Position numbers and translations under genes: made by a program | Notes under the pieces: model-generated | What the model was told of the DNA's origin: nothing | Seen by the model: only the letters and a program-made list of their open reading frames with translations | Database searches by the model: none | Assembly (NCBI GenBank): GCA_963808625.1 | Contig: CAWEHK010000009.1 | Span: 1 to 24,743, forward strand | Origin: an uncultured delta proteobacterium | Lineage (GTDB): Bacteria; Desulfobacterota; Syntrophobacteria; Syntrophobacterales; Syntrophobacteraceae | DNA length: 24,743 bases | Reading direction: 5' to 3' | Shown here: in pieces, positions 8,967 through 18,978 of the stretch | Layout of the letters: each line of letters opens with the position of its first letter | Position numbering within the stretch: position 1 is the first letter of the stretch

Positions 8967-9384
8967 CGTGCTTCACTCCGAGATGATCCTTTAGCCTTCG
9001 ATGGCACTGATCAAGGAAAGGTGCAAAGTCGGCAAAAAGGGAAACACTGACCATTTTGAAGTGAGCAAGCGCATCTTCATCTCTCACATGGAGGCACCGG
9101 CCTCTGAAGATGGCTTCGATCCTGGCGAGATACGAGGCATCATTCAGGATGAGTATGTGGACATCCTTGCGCAAAAGACGTCCGAGATCCTGCAACAAGC
9201 GTCGGATGACCAGGGTTCGGTCTACTCTCCCATAACGATCATCCAAAAGGACCGCGATGCCGACATCGCTCAGTGGTCGCTGGCGGCTGCGCGCGAATGA
9301 GCCAAAGAGATAGGCTGCAACGATGCAAGGGACATCGCTGAAGTAGGATTCCAGGTTTTGTATCATTTCGGTATCTGAGGCCAT
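8956..9384 (-). CDS. mntA: Minimal nucleotidyltransferase (MntA-like antitoxin), copy A; DxD motif reads DVG
   Basis: AAYLFGSFARSRQRPLSDVGIAVLL. Paired with the HEPN gene. The ORF extends to 9435; ATG 9384 chosen by analogy with copy B. Confidence 0.85.
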   Translation of the reverse strand: MASDTEMIQNLESYFSDVPCIVAAYLFGSFARSRQRPLSDVGIAVLLDDRYGRVDRTLVIRRLLQDLGRLLRKDVHILILNDASYLARIEAIFRGRCLHVRDEDALAHFKMVSVSLFADFAPFLDQCHRRLKDHLGVKHDGQ

Positions 9385-9536
9385 CTCAAAACTCTGCGCA
9401 TGCCATTCGTGGTCTCGATCCTGCACTGACCGCATTTCAGCAAAAGGAGCGGATCATTTAGGCCCCTCTCTTCAATGGCTTCGCCACAGAGCTAAGGGGG
9501 ACGCCACCGGCCGAGGGCTTAAGGATGGAACTTGTG

Positions 9537-10488
9537 TCAATGCCTGGTTTCTCTGTCCTTCCTGCAAACATATTCAAGACCGCCGAAAACATACCGGGCG
9601 ATTTGTTCTCTTGCGAGCAGATCTGGATGGTTCGCTGCAGATCTCCCGGTAGCACGCCAAGGGACGCAGCCATTTCATCGACCGTGCAGGGGCGTCTCTG
9701 CACCATGTCCATAATCCGCTGGTCGGTGTTCAGATCTCGCTCCAGACCTCGAAAACCTTTGAAGTACCCGATGATCTCGGTGCTGCCGGCAGGAAAAAAC
9801 TTACGCACCGCCTCCATCTTGTCTGACGAAAGTCCCTGGCAACAGGGATCGGCGGGCGGGCGCACCACGGTGTTGAGCTCGACCTGATCAGGATGCAGGA
9901 GGTCGATTAGCGGACGCATCTTTTTCAGTTCATCGGGGTGGTTGTTGAAGCCGGAAACGAGCATGATTTCGAGGTGGAATTGCCCTCGGTAATCTTTCCG
10001 AAAGGCCTTCAAACCTTCGAGAATGAGCGAGAGGTCAAGACTCGGATGGGGCCGGTTCAGGCTCCTAAAAACGGCCTCCGTAACCGCATCCAGGGAAGGC
10101 ACCACGCAGTCAGCAGCAAGGAGTGCCTCGCGCACCCTGGAATCCCAGAGCAGCTATCCATTGGTGAGTAACACGAGCGGTAGTGACTGGAAGTGCCTTT
10201 TAATGACCCGGATGTGCTCGCCAAGAGGTGTTCATACAGGGTAGGTTCGCGCCAGCGCTGGAAGAAGTCAGCACGTCAGCACTGTCAGGAAAATCCCGGA
10301 AATAGGCCAGTAAATCCTCGATCACTTGATCAGGATCAACAAAAGTTTGCATCTTCACCGTAAGGTGCGTCGTCGGGCCGGACTCGCGGTACAACGCCAT
10401 CGTAACTGCACGTCTTGGGAGGAATCACATCGATTCCAAGTGATCGCCCGAAGCGACGTGACGGCACCGGCCCAAAAATTACTGACAT
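9537..10488 (-). pseudogene. Radical SAM protein (COG0731-like Fe-S oxidoreductase), copy A, degraded
   Basis: [43 protein letters not shown] and RRPCT are spread over several frames. The 2nd and 3rd Cys codons of CxxxCxxC read GGC and CGC. Stop placed by homology to copy B. Confidence 0.75.
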
Positions 10489-10538
10489 ACGGCCACCTTC
10501 GTTCATCTTTGGATTAAGCAACTCTGTGATGGGTAATT

Positions 10539-11504
10539 CTATTGGACGATTCCGACACGGGAAAGGAGATTCTCACGGAAATCCCTGGATTCTTCGGATG
10601 TTCCATCAGCAATCAGGTCGATATGGTAGAATCTATCGGTGGTAGGGGATTCTTTTTTAGCCAGTTCCACATTCAGATCGGTCACACCAACCATCGTCCA
10701 GCATTCGACATAACCATCCTTGCGAGCCTTTTGGTGGCTTTTCTCTGCTTCACCGATTCTATTGTGGATATTCGAGTAGTCTTTCCCGCCCTTGATCTCA
10801 ATTGCCACCAGATTGTGAAATCTACCTGAGGGCAGCTCTTCTCTGATGCATATGTCCGGATCATTTGCAAATTCGACCCTGACAATGCGGCCGGCCGCGT
10901 TTTGAAGTTTGAAATATTTCTGAGTGCTCGACACTACGGCAGGAGCAACCATTGAGTCTATCAATTCAAATACGCGCCGTGTTGCTCGACTACCATACAG
11001 GTTTAAAGCGCCGCCGCGAAGCTGTGGGCCGAGGGTGAGCAGCGTGAGTTCATGCACTAAATTTTGTGACAAATGGCCAGTTCCGGCAACGAGAAGCTCG
11101 GCGCTGGCGCAAAGCGCTCGACAGAGCTCATACAACTGGTCCCCCTGGTTGGCAATGAGCCGTCCCTTATCCTCCATTGATTTGAAAGGAGCAAATCCAT
11201 ATCGTTCACCGTAGAATTGTTTCTGGGAAAACCCCAGTAGCAGACGATAGTATCCCAATAATCTGGGCTGACTTCTGAGGACATAGGGCACAGCAAAGAT
11301 GATCTCGCCTCGCAGCCCCCAGCTTGCCAGCCTTTGCAGAGCTGAACCGGGCACCAGATCGCCAAGTTCCTTGTCGATGTCGGGGATCGACAGGTTCGAA
11401 ACGGCGGAAAGCAAAGCGTCAAGGAGATAGATTTCCCGGACTTGCATCAGCCGCTGGAAGAACTCCACTTGCAGATCAGGTTCCGGGATCTTGAATAACG
11501 TCAA
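10539..11504 (-). CDS. Type II restriction endonuclease, XcyI/Cfr9I/XmaI family (predicted CCCGGG)
   Basis: [49 protein letters not shown] (PD-(D/E)xK, characteristic of RE_XcyI as recalled). ATGA overlap with the MTase stop. Confidence 0.85.
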   Translation of the reverse strand: MTLFKIPEPDLQVEFFQRLMQVREIYLLDALLSAVSNLSIPDIDKELGDLVPGSALQRLASWGLRGEIIFAVPYVLRSQPRLLGYYRLLLGFSQKQFYGERYGFAPFKSMEDKGRLIANQGDQLYELCRALCASAELLVAGTGHLSQNLVHELTLLTLGPQLRGGALNLYGSRATRRVFELIDSMVAPAVVSSTQKYFKLQNAAGRIVRVEFANDPDICIREELPSGRFHNLVAIEIKGGKDYSNIHNRIGEAEKSHQKARKDGYVECWTMVGVTDLNVELAKKESPTTDRFYHIDLIADGTSEESRDFRENLLSRVGIVQ

Positions 11505-12376
11505 TTCATTTGCTCCCTGTCATAAGTGAATAACAATAGCTGGGTATTTTGAATCCGTTTGACAGCGAGCTGAACATAATCGGCATTGAGTTCAATGCCT
11601 ACATATTTCCGGCGCTGTTGCTCGCATACAGCGCCCACTGTACCGGACCCGAAGAACGGATCGATGACCCAATCGTCAGGCTGAGATCCAGCCAAAATGC
11701 AGGGTTCGACCAGCTTGGACGGAAAGGTCGCAAAGTGGGCCCCCAGAAATGGCTCTGTTGGGATGGACCAGACGGTGCGCCGGTTTCTCCCGTTCGGTTC
11801 CGTGACGTTTTTAGAATTATAATAATATTTCGAAGACTTGGTCAGAAGAAATACATATTCATGAGCCCGGGTTGGTCGGTCCCTGACGCTTTCCGGCATG
11901 CAGTTGGGTTTCTCCCAAATGATATCACTACGAAGATACCAGCCCGCTTCCTGAAGGGCAAAGGCAAGACGCCAGGGAATTCCCACGAGATCTTTGGGTT
12001 TCAGACCTGAAGGCGTTGGCGCCCGGTAGGACATTGCCCTGATGGGGTTCTTCTTGTCAGGCGCCCGGTATGCCCTGTTACCGCTCGTATAGGAATCGCC
12101 TATATTCAGCCATAGCGAACCATCTTCCGTGAGAATGCGGCGAACCTCTTCAAAAACCGCAACCAGATGCTGAATGTAGCTTGCGGGTTCTTCCTCCGCG
12201 CCGATTTGCCCCTCCGCGCCATAATCCCTTAGCCCCCAATAAGGCGGAGAGGTGACACAGCATCTGAAAAAATTCGCCGGACACGATTTGAGCAAGAGTT
12301 GCGCATCACCCAAGAATATTGTGGACTCTTTGATACCGGCTATGTCCTGCCTACCCGGTTCACATAAGACTTTCAT
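11501..12376 (-). CDS. Beta-class N4-cytosine DNA methyltransferase (M.Cfr9I/M.XcyI-like)
   Basis: Motif IV VTSPPYWGLRDY precedes motif I DPFFGSGT; also HFATFP. Adjacent to the cognate REase. Confidence 0.92.
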   Translation of the reverse strand: MKVLCEPGRQDIAGIKESTIFLGDAQLLLKSCPANFFRCCVTSPPYWGLRDYGAEGQIGAEEEPASYIQHLVAVFEEVRRILTEDGSLWLNIGDSYTSGNRAYRAPDKKNPIRAMSYRAPTPSGLKPKDLVGIPWRLAFALQEAGWYLRSDIIWEKPNCMPESVRDRPTRAHEYVFLLTKSSKYYYNSKNVTEPNGRNRRTVWSIPTEPFLGAHFATFPSKLVEPCILAGSQPDDWVIDPFFGSGTVGAVCEQQRRKYVGIELNADYVQLAVKRIQNTQLLLFTYDREQMN

Positions 12377-12534
12377 ACATTAAGCCACTCTGGTTTGGTT
12401 TGGAAAGCCTGCATAAAGTTCACCAAATGAGGCAAACCTTTCAATCTCAGTGCTTTCGGCAGCGGCAAGGAACAGGTCCGCCGTGTGGCGCTCTTACCGG
12501 CCGCCCCTCTCATGATTGAACGTCGGATATCCTT

Positions 12535-12618
12535 ATCTATCTGTCGTTTGTCGACGACGCGGGCCAAATGGTGTTCGATGGCACTGCATTTTGCAGCGAG
12601 AACTCGTTTATTGACCAT
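12535..12618 (-). pseudogene. Truncated hepT 5' fragment (28 codons) fused to unrelated sequence (ORF 12373..12618)
   Basis: MVNKRVLAAKCSAIEHHLARVVDKRQID is near-identical to the N-terminus of 8966..8883. Homology ends abruptly at 12535. Confidence 0.85.
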
Positions 12619-13036
12619 CGTGCTTTACTCCGAGACGATCCTTAAGCCTTTGATGGCACCGGTTGAGGAAAGGTGCAAAGTCGGCGAAAAGAGAAACACT
12701 GACCATTTTGAAGTGAGCAAGCGCATCTTCATCTCTCACATGGAGGCGCCGGCCTCTGAAGATGGCTTCGGTCCTGGAAAGATACGACGCATCATTCAGG
12801 ATGAGGACGTGGACATCCTTACGCAAAAGACGTCCGAGATCCTGCAACAAGCGTCGGATGACCAGGGTACGGTCAACTCTCCCATTACGATCATCCAAAA
12901 GGACAGCGATGTCGACATCGCTCAGTGGTCGCTGCCGGCTGCGCGCGAACGAGCCAAAGAGATAGGCCGCGACGATGCAAGGGACTTCATTGAAGTAGGA
13001 CTCCAGTTTCTTTATTATTTCGGTATCTGCGGCCAT
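12608..13036 (-). CDS. mntA: Minimal nucleotidyltransferase (MntA-like), copy B, intact GSx10DxD
   Basis: AAYLFGSFARSRQRPLSDVDIAVLL. GAGAGG RBS before ATG 13036; the ORF extends to 13087. Confidence 0.88.
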   Translation of the reverse strand: MAADTEIIKKLESYFNEVPCIVAAYLFGSFARSRQRPLSDVDIAVLLDDRNGRVDRTLVIRRLLQDLGRLLRKDVHVLILNDASYLSRTEAIFRGRRLHVRDEDALAHFKMVSVSLFADFAPFLNRCHQRLKDRLGVKHDGQ

Positions 13037-13199
13037 TTCAACCCTCTCCACATACCATCCGTGGTCCCGCTTTTGCACTGGCGGCATATCAGCAAAAAGA
13101 GCGGATCATTCGGCCTCCCAGGAGGCTCCCCTCTTCGATGGTTTCGCTATGGAGCTCAGGAGGACGCCACCGGCCGAGGGCTTTAGCATGAGATTTGTC

Positions 13200-14148
13200 T
13201 CAATGCCTGGTGTCTTCGTCCTTGCTGCACACGTATTCGAGACCGTCGAAAACTCGATGGGCGATCTGTCCTCTGGCGAGCAGATCAGCAAGGGTTGTTT
13301 GCAAGTCTTCCGGCGGCACACCGAGGGACGCTGCCATTTCCTCGACGGTGCAGGGGCGCCTTTGCACCATTTCCAACACCCGTTGGTTGATATGGAGGTC
13401 TCTCTCCATTCCCTGGAAGCCCTTAAAGCGCCCGATGATTTGCGTTCTTTGAGAAGGAAAAAACTCCCGTACTGCCTCCATCTCGGCTAACGAAAGTCCC
13501 CGGCAACAGGGATCGGCCGGCGGGCGCACCACGGTGTTCAGCTCGACCTGATCAGGCTGCAGGAGGTTGATCAGCGGGCGCATCTTTTTCAATTCATCAG
13601 GGTGATCGTTGAAGCCGGAAACGAGCATGACCTCGAGGTGAAATTGCCCCCGATAGTCCTTGCGAAATGCCTTCAAGCCTTCGAGGATCACCTCGAGATC
13701 GAGGCTCGAATGGGGCCGGTTCAGGCTCCGAAAAACCGCTTCCGTAACCGCATCCAGAGAAGGCACAACGCGGTCGGCTGGCAAGGAGTGCCTCGCGCAC
13801 CCTGGAATCCCAGAGCAGCGAGCCATTGGTGAGCACCACGAGCGGCAGTGACCGGAAATGCCTCTTAATCATCCGGATGAGGTCGCCCAGAGGTTCATAC
13901 AGCGTGGGTTCGCCGGCGCTGGAAAAAGTCAGAACATCCGCGCTATCAGGAAAATCCTGGAAATAGGTCAGTAAATCCGAGATGACCTGATCGGGATCAA
14001 GAAAAGCCTGTCGCTTGACCGTAAGATGCGTCGTCGGTCCGGACTCGCAGTAAACGCAATCGTAACTGCAGGTCTTGGGAGGAATCACATCGATTCCGAG
14101 GGATCGCCCCAGGCGGCGTGACGGCACCGGCCCAAAAATCGTTGTCAT
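13200..14148 (-). CDS. Radical SAM protein (COG0731-like), copy B, one frameshift ~13780
   Basis: [28 protein letters not shown] (CxxxCxxC), SSAGEPTLY, LTNGSLL. The C-terminal half is in ORF 13200..13826. Confidence 0.9.
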
Positions 14149-14233
14149 GCTGGTCTTTCCAGTCACTGCAGTGGCCTCATTCGAAACAGGATCTCATAAC
14201 CTGACGATGTTTCCATAAAGGTCTGCAATTTTC

Positions 14234-14297
14234 AGGGCAGACACTCCAGCTTGCCCTTTTGGCAGGTCGGCATGGCAGGCTGGAAAGCCTGCCCCAC
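14234..14297. repeat. REP-like palindrome pair (GGCAGGCTGGAAAGCCTGCCCCAC family)
   Basis: GGCAGGCT-GGAA-AGCCTGCC-CCAC at 14274-14297, with a degenerate inverted partner at 14234-14256. The same unit occurs at 19579-19634. Confidence 0.7.
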
Positions 14298-14694
14298 ACG
14301 GCTTGGCACGCTGTCAATGGTTCGTCCTAGTATTGAGAATCTCTGACAAAGTATATAGCGGACGCATTGTCAAAATACCACCGTATTGTAAATCTTGCTG
14401 CCTTCTCTTTCCCCTTTTATCCTTGCCAAGATTATCCGGGATAAAGTAATTTTCAACTCAGCGGTCAATGACTCCCTGTCAGTGACCGGATGGATAAGGA
14501 ATTCCAATGCACTCAAGGATGCTCATGCGCTCGGGAGGGACGATGCCGGTTCCTTCTCTTCAATGGCTTATATGCGAATGACACCAGGCAGGGCGGTTTT
14601 TTTGAAATGATGGGAAGGGACCCAGAAACGAGTCCTGCTGAAGAGCTTCGGATATTATTCACGATTGAAACCATACACTCAACTGGAGGCAACA

Positions 14695-16370
14695 ATGCGC
14701 AGTGATTTAATGAAAAAAGGGATCGAGAAGGCCCCTCACCGTTCCCTCTTTAAAGCCATGGGCTACACGCAGGAGGAGCTTGACCGGCCGCTGATCGGCG
14801 TCGCGAATTCTGCCAACGAGATCATTCCCGGGCACATCCATCTCGACAAGGTGAGTGAAGCGGTAAAAGCCGGGATCCGTCTTGCCGGAGGCACTCCGAT
14901 CGAATTCAGCACCATCGGGGTGTGTGACGGCATTGCCATGAACCATCAGGGCATGCGCTATTCGCTGGCAAGCAGGGAACTGATTGCGGACTCGGTTGAG
15001 ATCATGGCCATGGCGCATCCCTTCGACGGGTTGGTCCTCATTCCCAACTGCGATAAGATCATCCCGGGAATGCTGATGGCCGCCATGCGGCTCAACATTC
15101 CGTCCATTGTCGTCAGCGGCGGTCCCATGATGGCCGGGCGCGCCGGGGGCAAAGCCGTGGACCTGGTGTCCGTCTTTGAGGCGGTGGGCTCGTTCAAATC
15201 CGGAAAAATTACTACCGACGAACTCCAGCAACTGGAGGATTACGCCTGTCCCGGATGCGGCTCCTGTGCCGGCATGTTTACCGCGAACTCCATGAATTGC
15301 CTTACCGAGGCCCTGGGTATGGGCCTTCCCGGCAATGGCACGATCCCCGCCGTCACGGCCGCCCGGATCCGTTTGGCGAAGGTGGCGGGAATGAGGATTA
15401 TGGAACTGGTGCATCACAACCTCTGTCCGCGCGATATCGCCACCAATGAAGCCTTCGAGAATGCCATCGCGGTGGATATGGCCCTCGGGTGCTCCACCAA
15501 CACCGTCCTTCACGTCCCGGCCATCGCCCACGAAGCGGGGATTGATCTCGATCTGGAGACCTTCAACCGGATCAGCGCCCGCACCCCTCACCTTTGCAGC
15601 CTGCGGCCCTCGGGCGCGCATTTCCTCGAAGATTTGAATGCTGCCGGAGGCGTCCAGGCGGTCATGAACGAACTCGCTGCCAGAAATCTGATCAATTTGA
15701 ACGCCATGACCGTCACGGGTAAGAACGGTGGGCGAAAACCTCAAGGGATTCCCCGTTCTTGATCGCGATGTCATTCGCTCCCTTGAGCAGCCCTATCATC
15801 GTGAGGGCGGAATCGCCGTTCTGTATGGCAACCTGGCCCCGGAAGGCGCCGTCGTCAAGCAGTCCGCGGTCGCTCCCGAGATGCTCCAGCGGACCTGCCG
15901 GGCACGCGTATTTGAGAGCGAGTCCGACGCGGCAACAGCGATTCTCGATGGGGTTATCAGGCCCGGAGATGTGGTCGTGATTCGCTACGAAGGACCCAAG
16001 GGCGGCCCGGGTATGCAGGAAATGCTCACCCCCACAGCCGCTCTCATCGGTATGGGTCTGGGCAAAGAAGCTGCCCTCATCACCGACGGCCGCTTCAGCG
16101 GCGGGACCCACGGGGCCGCGATCGGGCACGTGTCGCCGGAAGCCGCAGTGGGCGGGCCCATAGCCCTGGTGGAAGAAGGAGATGACAATTGTCATCGACA
16201 TTCCGAACAAGAAACTCGAACTGCGTGTCGATGCGGCCACTCTCCAGCAGCGCCGTGACCAATGGACCGCTCCCGCTCCCCGGATCAAGGAGGGATATCT
16301 GGCTCGCTACGCTCATCTGGTGACTTCCGGTTCCCGTGGTGCTATTCTTGAATGGGGTAACTGCAAGTAG
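14695..16370 (+). CDS. ilvD: Dihydroxy-acid dehydratase (frameshifts ~15730 and ~16185)
   Basis: [105 protein letters not shown]. Confidence 0.95.
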
Positions 16371-16386
16371 CCGAGGAGTAGGTCCC

Positions 16387-17205
16387 GTGGGCTATGTCTT
16401 CCAGTTTGAAGATGCTCTGCGCTACGACCACTGGTTCACTTCTGAGCCGGGGCGCACCGCGGCCGCGATCGAGCAGGGTCTGCTCTCGCGGTTGTGGGCG
16501 CCCAAGGCGCCCCAGAGTGTCCTCGAGGTCGGTTGTGGCACCGGGCTCTTTCTGGAATGGTTCGTGCGCATGGGGCATCAGGTTACCGGCCTGGACCCCT
16601 CGCCTTACATGCTCAATGTTGCGCGCCGCCTGGCCCCGGAGCGCGTGGCCCTGGATCGGGGGTTTGCGGAAGAGCTGCCGTACGAAGACAACGCCTTCGA
16701 CACGGTGGCGCTGATTACCGCTCTGGAGTTTGTGAACGACCCCCATCTGGCCCTCCAGGAAGCCCTGCGAGTGGCGCGGCGACAGGTGCTCCTGGGGGTG
16801 CTGAACAAATATTCGGTAACCACATGGCAGCATTGTTGGGGGAGACTCTGGCGGCCTTCCATTTACAGTCATGCACACTTCTTCAGCATTTCTCAACTCC
16901 GGCACATGGTCACCGAGGTCCTCAGCGGAGCGGTCCCAATTCAATGGCGCACATGCCTCTTTTTCCCTGTACACTGGTTGCGTTATCTCCATTTCCTCGA
17001 ATGTTCCCGGTTGCTCCATCGGCTTCCCTTCGGTCACTTCATCGGGATGCGGATTGACCTGCGCTATCCCCTCAGGACGGTGCAGCAACCGCTATTGTGC
17101 AAAATCGGCTCCGGAGTTGGACAGACGCAGCTCCACACGCTCTCTTGGCGAAGTCCGGGAGGAAGAGGCCGCAATCAGAATTCTTTGCACTCACCTGATG
17201 GTTGA
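16387..17205 (+). CDS. Class I SAM-dependent methyltransferase
   Basis: VLEVGCGTG, GLDPSPYML, AEELPYEDNAFD. GAGGAG RBS before GTG 16387. Confidence 0.88.
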   Translation: MGYVFQFEDALRYDHWFTSEPGRTAAAIEQGLLSRLWAPKAPQSVLEVGCGTGLFLEWFVRMGHQVTGLDPSPYMLNVARRLAPERVALDRGFAEELPYEDNAFDTVALITALEFVNDPHLALQEALRVARRQVLLGVLNKYSVTTWQHCWGRLWRPSIYSHAHFFSISQLRHMVTEVLSGAVPIQWRTCLFFPVHWLRYLHFLECSRLLHRLPFGHFIGMRIDLRYPLRTVQQPLLCKIGSGVGQTQLHTLSWRSPGGRGRNQNSLHSPDG

Positions 17206-17255
17206 TGGTTGATGGTTGAAAGTTGATGGAAAGTTGATGGTTGATGGTTGATGGT
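17196..17255 (+). repeat. Heptamer tandem repeat (TTGATGG)n with variants
   Basis: TGATGGT TGATGGT TGATGGT TGAAAGT TGATGGAAAGT TGATGGT TGATGGT TGATGGT. Confidence 0.9.
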
Positions 17256-17301
17256 GGGCATCGGGAAAGGGCGAAACGTTCATGCCCAGAGGAACCACAA
17301 C

Positions 17302-18314
17302 ATGAAAGAGGCGATGTTTTACAGAAGACTGGATGGCGGCAAGGTCGCATGCTTTCTTTGTGCTCAGTTCTGCCGGATCGAACCTGGGAAACGAGGCCAA
17401 TGCGGAGTGCGTGAAAACCGCGACGGTACCCTCCTGACCCTGGTCTACGGGAGGCTCATCGCCCAGAATGTGGACCCGATTGAAAAGAAGCCTCTGTATC
17501 ACTTCTACCCCGTCACCCGAAGCTATTCGATTGCCACGGTAGGGTGCAATTTCCGTTGCCTTTTCTGTCAGAATGCCGACATCTCGCAGGCGCCGCGAGA
17601 GTACAAGGCCATCTTCGGACACGATGTCCTCCAGAAGACGTCGTCGCTCAGGCCCGAAACACCCATTGTGCAACCATCTCCTATACCTACACCGAACCCA
17701 CGATGTTTATGGAATATGCTCTTGACGTTGCCAGGAAAGCCCACGAGGTGGGCATTCGCAATGTTTTTGTGAGCAACGGGTACATGACCAGGGAAGCCAT
17801 GGAGGCCATCGGCCCCTATTTGGATGCGGCCAATGTCGATCTCAAAGCCTACTCCGACCACTTCTATTCCGAACAGTGTGGGGCCCACCTCAAACCGGTG
17901 CTCAAAACTCTTCAGGAAATGAAAAAAAGGGACATCTGGCTCGAGGTCACCACCCTCCTCATTCCAGGTCTTAACGACGGTCCTGATGAATTGCGACAAC
18001 TCGCAGCATTCCTGGCCTCATTAGACCCGGAAATTCCATGGCACATAAGCCGCTTCCATCCCACGTATCGTCTTACCGATCGCCCAGCCACCCCCGTGGA
18101 AACCTTGCACATGGCCCGTGAGATCGGTTACGAGGCCGGCCTGCACTACGTCTATACCGGCAATGTACCGGGTGACGACGGGGAGAACACCTATTGTCAT
18201 CGATGCAAGCGACTGCTCGTCGAGCGTTTCGGTTTTTCCATCCAGAGGCGGGGGCTTACGGAGGGAAGGTGCACCCAATGTGGGACCCCGCTGTGCGGGG
18301 TTGCGATCGGTTGA
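17302..18314 (+). CDS. amrS: AmmeMemoRadiSam system radical SAM enzyme (frameshift ~17625)
   Basis: MKEAMFY..CFLCAQFC..GQCGVREN, DPIEKKPLYHF, GCNFRCLFCQNADISQ, SYTYTEP, HISRFHP, YVYTGNV, CHRC..CTQC. Confidence 0.92.
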
Positions 18315-18972
18315 CGACGATGGAAAGACGCTTGGCGCTGCTCCAGGAGTATTCGAACGGCTCCTTTCCGCTCTTGGCCCACAGTATTGGTGGCCGGCGG
18401 ACAGTCGTTTTGAAGTAATAGTGGGGGCGATTCTCACGCAAAATACCGCGTGGAAAAACGTGAAGCAGGCTATCAGGAAGCTCCGCGAGAACAATCTCTT
18501 GAGCGCTGAAGCAATCTGTTCCGTTGCGCTCCCGGATTTGGCAACATTGATTCGTTCGTCGGGATATTACAATCAAAAGGCCCGAAAACTGATGGTCTTT
18601 TGCGAGCATCTCCGGAATCACTGGCGGGACAATCTCGGTGATTTTCTTTGCCAGGACATGGAAAAGCTGCGCGCGGAACTTCTCGGTCTCTATGGCATCG
18701 GCCCGGAAACCGCCGACAGCATTATCCTTTATGCCGCCAATCAACCCTCGTTTGTTGTGGACGCTTACACCTATCGCATCTTTCACCGTCATGGCTGGGT
18801 CCCTGAGGCGATAAGCTACGAGGAATTGCGTTCCTTTTTCATGGACGCAGTCGAACCGGATGTGGCGTTCTTCCAGGAATACCATGCCCTCCTCGTGCGC
18901 GCCGGTCATCTCTACTGCAAAAGGAAGCCGGCGTGTGAGGCCTGCCCTCTCAACCAATGGCAAGAGACCTGA
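18311..18972 (+). CDS. Endonuclease III-related HhH-GPD protein with FES cluster motif (start region frameshifted)
   Basis: GPQYWWPADSRFEVIVGAILTQNTAWKNV, IRSSGYYNQKA, GIGPETADSIILYA, FVVDAYT, CKRKPACEACPL. Confidence 0.88.
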
Positions 18973-18978
18973 GGGGCC

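Larger units (their letters stand above)
8883..14148 (-). repeat. Diverged direct duplication: 8883-10488 and 12535-14148 (~1.6 kb each)
   Basis: Colinear sequence from ATCTATCTGTCGTTTGTCGACG to the radical SAM start codon in both copies, including the intergenic spacer. Confidence 0.92.

Noticed and set aside
14344..14372. Sigma-70 promoter for the radical SAM operon (TTGACA..TATACT on the minus strand)
   Set aside because: The spacer is only 12 nt. It may be an operator-like TGACAA/TTGTCA dyad but cannot be supported.
14490..14694. Branched-chain amino acid attenuator upstream of ilvD
   Set aside because: The short ORFs are not Ile/Leu/Val-rich and there is no convincing terminator stem before the T-run.
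14707..15774. Long antisense ORFs (also 16342..17088, 18256..19092, 23759..24418, 12485..13186)
   Set aside because: These are shadow frames of well-supported genes on the opposite strand in GC-rich DNA, with no recognisable motifs.
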